From an uncultured Actinomycetota bacterium (GTDB lineage: Bacteria > Actinomycetota > Actinomycetes > Sporichthyales > Sporichthyaceae), in the NCBI GenBank assembly GCA_963756785.1, contig CAVWPF010000007.1, positions 21,117-45,116 on the forward strand: a stretch of 24,000 nt of DNA. Direction: 5' to 3'. The notes beneath the pieces are model-generated. The model saw only the letters and a list, made by a program, of their open reading frames with translations, was not told where the DNA came from and did not search any database. The position numbers were made by a program, and so were the translations under genes. Position 1 is the stretch's first letter, and each line of letters begins with the position of its first letter. Below are positions 13,908 to 22,074 of this stretch, in pieces.

Positions 13908-15094
13908 ACGCGATCGGGACGCCCTCGCGCCGGGCCGTGCTCGCCGGCGCGGGGTTGTTCGTCCTCGCCGGCTGCGGGGCCGGGTCCGGATCATCCACGG
14001 CGGGGTCCGCACCCTCCGCCGGGGACGCCGGATCCTCTGGGCAGGCCGGGGCGTCCGGGCCGTCGGCCCTGGACGACCCCCGGGCCCCCGGTCTGCCCGA
14101 CCCGCTGATCGACACCGACCGGCTAGTCTCCGGCGGCCCAGGGCCGGACGGCATCCCGTCGATCGACTCGCCACGGTTCCGCGGTCCCGAGGTCGAAGGC
14201 GATCTGGTCGACGACGAGCCGGTCCTGGCGATCGAGCTCGAGGGCGTCGCGCGGGCGTACCCGATCCGGATCATGATCTGGCACGAGATCGTCAACGACA
14301 CCGTCGCCGGCATTCCGCTGGCGATCACGTACTGCCCGTTGTGCAACTCCGCGCTGGCGTTCGAGCGTCGCGTGGACGGCCGCGAGCTGACCTTCGGGGT
14401 CTCCGGGCTGCTCTACAACTCCGACCTGGTGATGTTCGACCGCCAGACCGAGTCGCTGTGGCCGCAGATCGAGGGCCGGGCCGTCGCCGGAGTGCTCACC
14501 GGGACCGAGCTGACCCGCCAGACCGTCACCGTCCAACCCTGGGCCACCTGGCGCGAAGCGCATCCGCGCGGCGAGGTGCTCTCCGCCGACACCGGCCACC
14601 GCCGGGACTACGGGCGCAACCCCTACCCGGGTTACGACAACCCCGGGGACCGTCCGTTCCTGTACCAGGGTGAGCTCGATGATCGGCTGCCGCCGAAGGC
14701 CCGGGTGATCGCGCTCCGGGCGGCCGATGAGGATCTGGTGATCGCCTTCGACCGGGTGGAGCGCGATCGCGTCGTCACCGCGCGGATCGGCGGACGTCCG
14801 GTCGTCGTGCTCGCCGGCCCGCCGGCCGCCTCACCCCTCGACGACGACCGGATTGCCGACGGGAGACCCCGGGTCAGCGCGCGGGTCTTCGACCCGCTCC
14901 TGGACCGGCGCCGGCTGACGTTTCTCGCCGAGGGGAACGGTTATCGCGACACCGCCACGGGGTCCCGCTGGGACGCCGATGGCCACGCCCGCTCCGGTCC
15001 GCTGGCCGGCCGGTCCCTCGCGCCGGTCGAGGCCACCGAGACCTTGTGGTTCGCCTGGATCGCGTTCCGCCCCGACAGCCGCACCCTGCTCTGA
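13904..15094 (+). CDS. DUF3179 domain protein, predicted Tat-exported lipoprotein
   Basis: 396 aa. The N-terminus TPSRRAVLAGAGLFVLAGC combines a twin-arginine motif with a lipobox. DUF3179-type blocks as I recall them: GPDGIPSIDSPRF, RAYPIRIMIWHEIVND, PLAITYCPLCNSALAF and GVSGLLYNSDLVMFDRQTESLWPQ. Confidence 0.85.
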   Translation: MNAIGTPSRRAVLAGAGLFVLAGCGAGSGSSTAGSAPSAGDAGSSGQAGASGPSALDDPRAPGLPDPLIDTDRLVSGGPGPDGIPSIDSPRFRGPEVEGDLVDDEPVLAIELEGVARAYPIRIMIWHEIVNDTVAGIPLAITYCPLCNSALAFERRVDGRELTFGVSGLLYNSDLVMFDRQTESLWPQIEGRAVAGVLTGTELTRQTVTVQPWATWREAHPRGEVLSADTGHRRDYGRNPYPGYDNPGDRPFLYQGELDDRLPPKARVIALRAADEDLVIAFDRVERDRVVTARIGGRPVVVLAGPPAASPLDDDRIADGRPRVSARVFDPLLDRRRLTFLAEGNGYRDTATGSRWDADGHARSGPLAGRSLAPVEATETLWFAWIAFRPDSRTLL

Positions 15095-15137
15095 CCCGAC
15101 CATCCGCCGCGCCTCGCCGACCACCCAGGAGCCACGA

Positions 15138-15731
15138 ATGACCTTGCGCCCTCGTCCGATCCGCACCGTCCGCCCGGTCAGCGCGGCCGCGTTGGCTGCG
15201 GCCGCGCTCGTCTTCCTCGCCGGCTGTGGCAGCGGCTCGGATGCCGACGCCGCCGCGCCTGCCGCCGCGCCCGCGGCGGCGCCCGCCGCCGCGGGGGCCG
15301 GCCCGGCGACCGATGCGGGGGTGCCCCCGCCGATGCAGTTCACCGCCGCCGCGGTCGACGGCTCCAGGGTCGACGGTGCGGCCCTGGCGGCCAAGCCCAC
15401 GGTGGCCTGGTTCTGGACGCCCTGGTGCGCGATCTGCCGCGGTGAGGCACCCGAGGTGGCCGCGATGGCCGACAAGTACGCGGACCGGGTGAACTTCGTC
15501 GGGATCGCCGGTCTGGGCAAGGTCGCGGACATGAAGAGGTTCGTCTCCGACACCGGCGTGGGTGGCTTCGCCCACGCCATCGATGCCGACGGCAGCCTGT
15601 GGCGCGGGTTCGGGGTCATCGGGCAGCCGTCCTTCGCGTTCGTGCACCCGGACGGCACCGTCGAGGTCGTGCCCGGCTCCCTGTCCCCGGCCGATCTGGA
15701 GCGGCGCATCTCCGGCATGACCAATGCCTGA
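15138..15731 (+). CDS. TlpA/ResA-like thioredoxin-fold lipoprotein
   Basis: Start re-set to ATG 15138 (AGGAGC upstream). The signal plus lipobox is AAAALVFLAGC, followed by an Ala/Pro linker. Active site is WFWTPWCAICRGEAP (WCxxC). The cis-Pro region is GVIGQPSFAFV. Confidence 0.85.
   Translation: MTLRPRPIRTVRPVSAAALAAAALVFLAGCGSGSDADAAAPAAAPAAAPAAAGAGPATDAGVPPPMQFTAAAVDGSRVDGAALAAKPTVAWFWTPWCAICRGEAPEVAAMADKYADRVNFVGIAGLGKVADMKRFVSDTGVGGFAHAIDADGSLWRGFGVIGQPSFAFVHPDGTVEVVPGSLSPADLERRISGMTNA
15249..15296 (+). repeat. Imperfect 12-nt tandem repeat (x4) encoding the (AAAP)3-AAAG linker
   Basis: gccgccgcgcct / gccgccgcgccc / gcggcggcgccc / gccgccgcgggg, in frame within the thioredoxin lipoprotein gene. 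This is low-complexity coding sequence, not CRISPR. Confidence 0.5.
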
Positions 15732-15800
15732 GGGAGCATCAGAAATGCTGGGTCCAGCGGTGGAGGCTGGGATGGGGTCGAGCGTGGGTGAGGGCGCAGC

Positions 15801-16703
15801 GTGAACGAGGCCGCGCTCACCCTGGCCTTCGCGGCGGGCACCCTGGCGGCCGTCAACCCGTGCGGCTTCGCGTTGCTCCCGGCCTACCTGACACTGTTCG
15901 TGTCCGCCCCTGGTGACGGCGCGCGGCCGGGGCGGACCGCCGCGCTGCGGCGGGCCGGTGTGGCCACCGCGGCGATGACCACCGGGTTCGTCCTGGTCTT
16001 CGGCACGTTCGCGCTCCTGGTGACCCCGTTCGCTCTCTCGGTCGAGCGGTGGCTGCCGTGGGCGACGATCGTGATCGGCGTGACGCTGCTCGGACTGGGC
16101 GGCTGGCTGATCACCGGCCGCGATCTGAAGGTCCCCGGGCCGAAGGTCGGGACCCGCGGTGACCCGACCACCTCGGCGCGGGCCATGGGGGCCTACGGGG
16201 TGTCGTTCGCGGTCGCGTCGCTGTCGTGCACGGTCGGGCCCTTCCTGGCCGTGACCACCACGGCCTTCCGCGACGACAGTGCGCTCGGAGTCGTCGGGGT
16301 CTTCCTGGCCTACGCCTGCGGGATGGGTGCGGTCGTCGGTGCTCTCACCCTGGCCGCGGCGTTGTCCCGGGACACGTTGGTACGTCGCCTCCGAACTGCA
16401 TTGCCCTACGTGACCCGGGCCGGAGGAGGGCTGCTGATGCTGGCCGGCGCCTACGCGGCCTGGTACGGCTGGTACGAGGTCCGGGTGCTGCGCGGCGAGC
16501 GGGTCCAGGACCCGGTCATCGACACCGCCGTCGAGTGGCAGTCCGAGATCTCGCGCGCGGTGGCCGACCTCGACGCGGCGCAGATCCTCGGGGCGCTCGC
16601 GTTGTTGGCCCTGCTCGCCGGAGTACTCGGCCGCCGGGGCCGGCGCTCGGCCCACGAAGACCTACCGACCGGCGGGTCCAACGTCGTGACGCGGGGCGAG
16701 TGA
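15801..16703 (+). CDS. ccdA: Cytochrome c biogenesis protein CcdA / DsbD-transmembrane-domain family thiol-disulfide transporter
   Basis: 300 aa, multi-TM. The two hallmark Cys contexts are AFAAGTLAAVNPCGFALLPAYL and FAVASLSCTVGPFLAV. GTG start. It sits next to its usual thioredoxin-like partner. Confidence 0.82.
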   Translation: MNEAALTLAFAAGTLAAVNPCGFALLPAYLTLFVSAPGDGARPGRTAALRRAGVATAAMTTGFVLVFGTFALLVTPFALSVERWLPWATIVIGVTLLGLGGWLITGRDLKVPGPKVGTRGDPTTSARAMGAYGVSFAVASLSCTVGPFLAVTTTAFRDDSALGVVGVFLAYACGMGAVVGALTLAAALSRDTLVRRLRTALPYVTRAGGGLLMLAGAYAAWYGWYEVRVLRGERVQDPVIDTAVEWQSEISRAVADLDAAQILGALALLALLAGVLGRRGRRSAHEDLPTGGSNVVTRGE

Positions 16704-16710
16704 CGGCAGA

Positions 16711-16974
16711 GTGAGCGTTGTGAGCGATCCGGACCGTTCGACAGGCTGGAGCACCCGTCGCGAGGCCCTCGACCTGTTCGTCCGGGGCGCGACGGTGCGC
16801 ACCGCCGTGCCCACGGCGCTGGTGGTGGGGACGATCCTGTCGGCGGTCAACCACGGCGATGTCGTGGCCGGGGGCAGCGCCGGCCCGGACACCTGGGTGC
16901 GCATCGCGGTGAACTACCTCGTCCCGTTCCTCGTGGCCAGCATCGGTTTCCTGTCCGCCCGGCGGCGGCGGTGA
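16711..16974 (+). CDS. NrtS-family small membrane protein (annotated in databases as nitrate/nitrite transporter NrtS)
   Basis: 87 aa. VPTALVVGTILSAVNHGD.......W.RIAVNYLVPFLVASIGFLSA resembles the NrtS pattern I recall (LVVG.IL..IN.GD ... Y.VP..VS). It starts 7 nt after the ccdA stop. Confidence 0.5.
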   Translation: MSVVSDPDRSTGWSTRREALDLFVRGATVRTAVPTALVVGTILSAVNHGDVVAGGSAGPDTWVRIAVNYLVPFLVASIGFLSARRRR

Positions 16975-17059
16975 GCACAGCACCCGGGGATCACGGCATC
17001 CGGTCGAACCCCGAAGCCCCATCGTGACCGGTACGACGACGATCTGGAGAGGTACAGCG

Positions 17060-17734
17060 ATGGCGCAGCGACCCGCAGCGGTGGCGTTCGATGTGGTGGA
17101 GACCCTGATCTCCCTGGAGCCGATGGGGGACCGCTTCGCCGAGGTCGGTCTGCCGCGCGATGCGGTCTGGGCGTGGTTCCCGCGCACGCTGGTGTACGGC
17201 ATCGGGATGTCCGTCGTCGGGGACTACATCCCGTTCCCGGCCGCGGCCGCCGAAGCCCTTCGGGCACTGACCCGCTACGAGATCGCCGATGACGCGGTCG
17301 CCCACGTTCTGGCCGGAGTGGGCGAGTTGCCGGCACATCCCGACGTCGAGCCCGCGATGAGGTATCTCGCCGAGAATGGCGTGCGGATGATCTGTCTGAC
17401 GAACGGCACGGCCGCCATGACCCAGGGGTTCCTGGACCGCTGCGGGCTGGCCGGCTACATCGAGCAGGTCGTCGCGACCGCCGAACTGGACACCTGGAAG
17501 CCACCGGCCCGGGTCTACCTGCACGGCGCGGCGGCGCTCGCACTGCCGCCCGAGCAGGTGGCACTGGTCGCCGTGCACGCCTGGGACTGTCACGCCGCCA
17601 AGCGGGCCGGGCTGATGGCCGGATGGGCGTCCCGCCTCGAAGGCGGCTACGGCGGGATCTTCACCCCGGCCGACGTCGTGGGCAGCGACCTGTTGGAGGT
17701 CGCGCAGGGCTTGGTCACGCTGGACCGGGCCTGA
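17060..17734 (+). CDS. HAD-superfamily hydrolase, L-2-haloacid dehalogenase (type II) like
   Basis: Start re-set to ATG 17060 (GGAGAGG upstream). Motif I is AVAFDVVETL. Also MICLTNGT, TWKPPARVY (conserved Lys) and VAVHAWDCHAAKRAGLMAGW (motif IV-like). Confidence 0.78.
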   Translation: MAQRPAAVAFDVVETLISLEPMGDRFAEVGLPRDAVWAWFPRTLVYGIGMSVVGDYIPFPAAAAEALRALTRYEIADDAVAHVLAGVGELPAHPDVEPAMRYLAENGVRMICLTNGTAAMTQGFLDRCGLAGYIEQVVATAELDTWKPPARVYLHGAAALALPPEQVALVAVHAWDCHAAKRAGLMAGWASRLEGGYGGIFTPADVVGSDLLEVAQGLVTLDRA

Positions 17735-17788
17735 CTGGTCGCGCTTGACGGGCTCCCTGCATCGCATCGTCAGAGACGGAGGAACAGC

Positions 17789-18457
17789 GTGCGCGACCCA
17801 GATCCGAGCCCGGTAGGGCGCGGCGGTCGACCCGTCGGCTCGCGCCGGTATGCCGCGGTCGCCCGGTACTACGACCTGCTGTCGGGCGAACGGCCGGTGT
17901 ATCGGATCGGCCGGCAGATCGGGGTCCGTCAACTGCGACTCCAGCCCGGATTTCGCGTGCTGGACCTCGGCTGCGGGACCGGTCTCAGCTTCCCGCTGCT
18001 CCGGGCCGCTGTCGGCCCGGGCGGGCGGGTGGTCGGGGTGGACATGAGCTCGGCGATGCTGGAGCGCGCCCGCGCTCGGGTCTCGCACGTCGGTTGGGGC
18101 AACGTCGAGTGCATCCACGCGGATGCCGGTGACCTCGGCGCGGTGCTGAGCAGGAGCACCGACGCGTTCGACGCGGTGCTGATGGCCTACTCGCTCTCGG
18201 TCATGCCGGGGTGGGAAGCGGCCTTCGGTCAGGCCTGGCAGGCCGTGGCCCCGGACGGCCGGGTTGCCGTGGTCGACATGGCCCTTCCGGCCGGGCCCTG
18301 GCGCGTGCTGGCCCCGGTGGCCTGGTTGGCCTGCGTGGCCGGCGGCGCAGACCCGCACCGCGCCCCGTGGCGCCTGGTTGAACGTGATGCCGATGATGTC
18401 TCACACCACGTTGTGCGTGGCGGGCACATCCACGTGGTCGCCGGCACTCACCCCTGA
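17789..18457 (+). CDS. Class I SAM-dependent methyltransferase
   Basis: GTG is preceded by GGAGGA. Motif I is RVLDLGCGTGLSF, followed by VVGVDMSSAMLERAR and, at the motif II position, ADAGDL; DAVLMAYSL follows. Substrate unknown. Confidence 0.8.
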   Translation: MRDPDPSPVGRGGRPVGSRRYAAVARYYDLLSGERPVYRIGRQIGVRQLRLQPGFRVLDLGCGTGLSFPLLRAAVGPGGRVVGVDMSSAMLERARARVSHVGWGNVECIHADAGDLGAVLSRSTDAFDAVLMAYSLSVMPGWEAAFGQAWQAVAPDGRVAVVDMALPAGPWRVLAPVAWLACVAGGADPHRAPWRLVERDADDVSHHVVRGGHIHVVAGTHP

Positions 18458-18587
18458 CTAAGGCCGCGGCCTGACCCGCCACCTACCGGGAGCGGCATGA
18501 GGACGGGGCTTTCGGGCCGTGGGCGGGTCCGGGAGGTGCGTGGAGCCCACCGGATCGATGCGCCATGCTCGTGACGGTTCCGCCGAG

Positions 18588-19664
18588 ATGACGGGAGGCA
18601 AGGCCGTGCCCATCGACGTCCCGACCACGACGCCGTTGCGCCGGGTCCCGGCTGACTACGCGCCCGGGGACTCGGCACGCTGGTTCACCCTGTCCGAGGG
18701 CCCGGACGCGGGGCGCACGATCTTCTACTTCGATCACCGCACGGGCACGGGGCCGCCCGAGCAGACCGTGGTCCTGGTGCACGGCAATCCGGAGTGCTCC
18801 TACACCTTCCGGCACATCGTCCGCGCGCTGGTCGGCAGTGGCCGCTCGCTGCGCATCGTGGCGATGGATCATGTGGGCTTCGGCCTGTCGGATCAGGCCG
18901 GCTTCGAGATGGTCGACATGCACCACGCGGCGAACCTGGGTCAGCTGATCCGCGCGCTGGACCTGCGCGAGATCACGCTGGTCGTTCACGACTGGGGCGG
19001 GCCGATCGGGATCGGGGCGGTCATCGAGGAACCAGAGCGGGTCGCGGCGCTCGTCGTCCTGAACACCTCGGTGTTCCCGATGCCAGCCGCCGGTGCGACG
19101 TACCAGAACTTCCCGTACCCCTGGCTGGCGTGGTGTTGGACGCCGTTTCTGATCCCCTGGCGGCTGTGGGGCGGGCTCGCTGCCTACGTCGTGCTGCGGG
19201 CCGAGCCGCAGCGCACCGTGCCGTTCCTGATCCGGCTCGGCCGGTCTCTGCTGCGCCATGCCCGCGGCCGCTTCGCACCCGAGAGCCCGGAGGCGGTCTT
19301 CGCCGGGCAGTTCGCCACGAAGGCCAATGCGGTCGCGTCCAAGCGACACGTGCGGCAGACACCGGTGTGGGGCCACGGCTACAGCTACCGGGACCGGGTC
19401 CACGGGCTGCAGGACAACCACGAGTTCTACACCCGGATCCAGCAGAGCGTGCCCGCCGTCTGGGGTCGGGCGGGACGCCCGATCCCGGTGCTGGGCTTCT
19501 TCGGTGCCTGGGACGCCGTCGGTAAGCCCGAGGTCGTGGCGCAGTGGCAGGAAGCGCTGCCACAGCTGGCGGCCTCGACCCGGATCTTCCCGGGAAACGG
19601 GCACTTCATCGAGGAGCATCGAGGCCCCGAGATCGCGGCCGGGATTCTCGGCCTCACCGAATGA
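18588..19664 (+). CDS. Alpha/beta hydrolase, haloalkane dehalogenase-like
   Basis: VVLVHGNPECSYTFRHIV, MDHVGFGLSD, nucleophile elbow VVHDWGGPIG (Asp-Trp) and a C-terminal GNGHFIEEH (catalytic His context). Start is uncertain: ATG 18588, ATG 18558 or GTG 18519. Confidence 0.78.
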   Translation: MTGGKAVPIDVPTTTPLRRVPADYAPGDSARWFTLSEGPDAGRTIFYFDHRTGTGPPEQTVVLVHGNPECSYTFRHIVRALVGSGRSLRIVAMDHVGFGLSDQAGFEMVDMHHAANLGQLIRALDLREITLVVHDWGGPIGIGAVIEEPERVAALVVLNTSVFPMPAAGATYQNFPYPWLAWCWTPFLIPWRLWGGLAAYVVLRAEPQRTVPFLIRLGRSLLRHARGRFAPESPEAVFAGQFATKANAVASKRHVRQTPVWGHGYSYRDRVHGLQDNHEFYTRIQQSVPAVWGRAGRPIPVLGFFGAWDAVGKPEVVAQWQEALPQLAASTRIFPGNGHFIEEHRGPEIAAGILGLTE

Positions 19665-19682
19665 CCCGCGCCGGTCCTGACG

Positions 19683-20258
19683 CTACGGCAGGACGCTGCT
19701 GAGCGGCTCGATGTCGCCCACGCTGTCGGCGCCGTCGACGGGAGGGCTCACCGGCGTTAACCCACGGACGATGCGCATATCGGGGCCCGGCTCTTCGGCG
19801 CTGACGCCCCATTCGCCCCCGATGCACTCGATCCCGGCGACCGGGTCGCCGGCGGTCAGGCGGTCCAGGCCGAACCGGTCGACCAGCGCGTCCAGAGCCT
19901 CGAGGGCGGAGCCCTCCGGCGAGGGCGCTCCGGCCGCGGCCAGCATCCGGGCGGCGGCGTCGAGGAACGCCGCCTCGTCGCGAAGGTCGAAGGCCGCCCG
20001 GACATCGACGCTGAGACGGGTGAGGGGCGGGCCGTCGACGCTTTCGTCATCGTCCCAGTCGGACTCCGGCCGCGCGAACACCGGCGCATAGCGACTGCTG
20101 ACGCGCGCAATGGCCTCGTCGAGCGCGACGCCGGCCGTTCGCGCCGCCTCGGAGCGCTGCTCGATGGTCGCGTCGTCATCGTCGATCGATGTGACCGCCA
20201 GCATCCGCAACGCGGCAATGGCGAAGTCCAGGCAGCGCTCGACGTCGGACGCGGGCAT
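19683..20258 (-). CDS. Hypothetical acidic protein
   Basis: 191 aa. ATG is preceded by GGAGG. The protein is very Asp/Glu/Ala-rich (e.g. TSIDDDDATIEQ, ESDWDDDESVDG). There is no signal peptide and I recognise no family. It is convergent with the hydrolase gene with an 18-nt gap. Confidence 0.55.
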   Translation of the reverse strand: MPASDVERCLDFAIAALRMLAVTSIDDDDATIEQRSEAARTAGVALDEAIARVSSRYAPVFARPESDWDDDESVDGPPLTRLSVDVRAAFDLRDEAAFLDAAARMLAAAGAPSPEGSALEALDALVDRFGLDRLTAGDPVAGIECIGGEWGVSAEEPGPDMRIVRGLTPVSPPVDGADSVGDIEPLSSVLP

Positions 20259-20376
20259 GGGGAACCTCCGGATCGGGGTTGGCGCGAGGGTGATGCTCGC
20301 GCTGCATTACCCCGGGGCCGAGCACGCACGCGTTTTCAGCTGATCAACGGCTCGGTCTGCGACAAGTGGAGCGACG

Positions 20377-20649
20377 GTGTCCCGATTGCCACGTGTCGCC
20401 ACGATTCCGATCGGGGCGGTGAACCGGCGGTCGGGTGACCGCGTCCTCGGCGGGGACGACCACGGCGCGGCCCATGCCCCGCCGTCGAACGCCGTGTATC
20501 TGACGGCCCGTGGGGAAGGGTCCGCCTCCGACCAACTCGACGCCCTGCGGGTGGGGGCAAGGTCGCGGTCCATCAGGCCGCTGGGTACCTGCGGCGCCTC
20601 GGAGTACCAGCGTCGGATCACCGACGCCCTGTCCTTCGATCTGCAGTGA
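20377..20649 (+). pseudogene. Probable decayed C-terminal remnant of a fourth phosphodiester glycosidase paralog
   Basis: The 90-aa ORF ends ..NAVYLTARGEGSASDQL...GASEYQRRITDALSFDLQ. The paralogs downstream end ..HAVNLDGGTSTTLL...GGSFQRSVPDALTFAVP and ..SAVNLDGGGSTALL...DRDAQRAVANALAFTTD. The remnant lacks the whole N-terminal 300 aa and any signal peptide. The opposite-strand frame shares its third codon positions, so GC3 cannot decide the strand. Confidence 0.4.
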
Positions 20650-20701
20650 CCGTCCGCGCCGGAGCCTTCAGATCTGATCGCCACGGGCCGAAGGTCTCGT
20701 C

Positions 20702-21895
20702 GTGATGCTTCGCCGCAGTGCCCTGCCTGCGCTCGCCGCCACCCTCGTGATCCCGACGGCGGTGCTGACCGCCGCGCCGGCGGATGCACGTTCCTGCAAG
20801 GCCGCGACCGGGATCCTGCGGACAACGCCGGACACGACGATCTCGTTGCCCGGGGGAGCGACGGCGCGGATCTGGGACACCGGAGACCGCAAGCGCAACC
20901 TCGACGAGGTGCGCATCGTCGCCGTGCGGATCCCGCGCGGCAGCCTCATCCCGCGCGCGGTCACCTCGTCATCGCTCAGCAAGGCCGCGACCCCGAAGTC
21001 CCAGGCGCAGAGCTCCGACCGCGCGGTCGTCGTCGTCAACGGCGGCGTCTTCGACCCCAGCGGCCCGTCGATCCCGGTCCGCTCGCAGATCATCGACGGC
21101 GCCGTCCGCAAGGGCACCCGGAGCGTCGACCAGGGCATCGCCCTGTACGAGGGCACCCGCACCGCGGAGTGGACCCTGCACAAAACGGTCGGCAGCGTCG
21201 TGTCCGGCGCCCACGGCAGCCGCGACGTCGGAGCCGTGAACTGGCAGACCCTGGCCGGTAACGGCATCAGCGTCTACACCCGGTCCTGGGGCGCTTCCGC
21301 TCACCCGGCCGGGAAGCGCACCGTCGTGGTGAAGAGCGGCGAGGTGTCCAGGATCGTGACAGGGCGCAAGGCCGGGTCGCGTCGCCCCGGCAGCGGCGAG
21401 TCCTTCCTGACCGCCCGGGACGGCAGCGGCTTCGCGTCCTGGCTCGCCGGCCTGCGCGTCGGCGAGGCCGTCACGGTCCGGACCGAGCAGTCCGGCGTGC
21501 TGCCCTTCCTCGACAAGCGCCCGAGCGTGGGGAAACCGGACAGCGTGCTCGGCGTCAGTTCCGCCATGGTCCGGTACGGCGAGAATCGGGCCGGCTGCGG
21601 CTCGCGTGACGAGATGCTCCGACCGCGTTCGGGCTTGATGTGGACCGCGACGGGAGACCTGATCGTCGCCGCGGTGGCCGGTCGTCCCAACGCCGCGGCC
21701 GGCGGCGCGACCGCGCACCAGTGGGGCGAGTACATGAAGCAGCTCGGCGCGGTGCACGCGGTCAATCTCGACGGCGGCACCTCGACGACGCTGTTGGTCC
21801 GGACGAAGGTCGGCGGCCCCCTGATCCGGCTCGACCGCTCCGGGGGGAGCTTCCAGCGGTCGGTCCCCGACGCGCTCACCTTCGCCGTGCCCTGA
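20702..21895 (+). CDS. Secreted phosphodiester glycosidase family protein (NAGPA / DUF2233-like), paralog 1
   Basis: 397 aa. Signal peptide MMLRRSALPALAATLVIPTAVLTAAPADA. Family blocks: VVVVNGGVF, MLRPRSGLMWTATGDLIVAAVAGR, HQWGEYMKQLGAVHAVNLDGGTSTTLL. It shares an N-terminal domain (C....LPGGA....W.....VAVRIPRGSL.P) with paralogs 2 and 3. Confidence 0.85.
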   Translation: MMLRRSALPALAATLVIPTAVLTAAPADARSCKAATGILRTTPDTTISLPGGATARIWDTGDRKRNLDEVRIVAVRIPRGSLIPRAVTSSSLSKAATPKSQAQSSDRAVVVVNGGVFDPSGPSIPVRSQIIDGAVRKGTRSVDQGIALYEGTRTAEWTLHKTVGSVVSGAHGSRDVGAVNWQTLAGNGISVYTRSWGASAHPAGKRTVVVKSGEVSRIVTGRKAGSRRPGSGESFLTARDGSGFASWLAGLRVGEAVTVRTEQSGVLPFLDKRPSVGKPDSVLGVSSAMVRYGENRAGCGSRDEMLRPRSGLMWTATGDLIVAAVAGRPNAAAGGATAHQWGEYMKQLGAVHAVNLDGGTSTTLLVRTKVGGPLIRLDRSGGSFQRSVPDALTFAVP

Positions 21896-22074
21896 CGGTC
21901 GCGAATCCCTTGTTCTGCAGCTAATTGCCAGGTTCGATGAGCCGTCGGGGGACCGCGGTCCGCGGCAGGCCACGACTTGATCAAGGAACACCCCATCGCC
22001 CGCGAAGCCACGCCCCGAGTTCCCACACTCAGCGGCGAGGGGATCGGTGCGCGGCCGTGCGCACCGGTAGCCCG

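Noticed and set aside
15249-15296. Short tandem repeat checked as a possible CRISPR or VNTR
   Set aside because: It has a 12-nt period, is in frame, and encodes an Ala/Pro linker of the thioredoxin lipoprotein. There are no spacers and no repeat-spacer architecture.
14831-18358. Long minus-strand ORFs 14831..15856, 14874..16655 and 16991..18358
   Set aside because: They are antisense to the DUF3179, thioredoxin, CcdA, HAD and methyltransferase genes, all of which show clear motifs. The translations are low-complexity and Arg/Pro/Gly-rich.
20307-20825. 172-aa minus-strand ORF across the gap upstream of paralog 1
   Set aside because: Its 5' third overlaps the paralog 1 coding region. The remainder shares third codon positions with the + strand remnant frame, whose C-terminus resembles the adjacent paralogs. 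Its own translation (Trp/Arg/Ser/Pro-rich) has no recognisable features.
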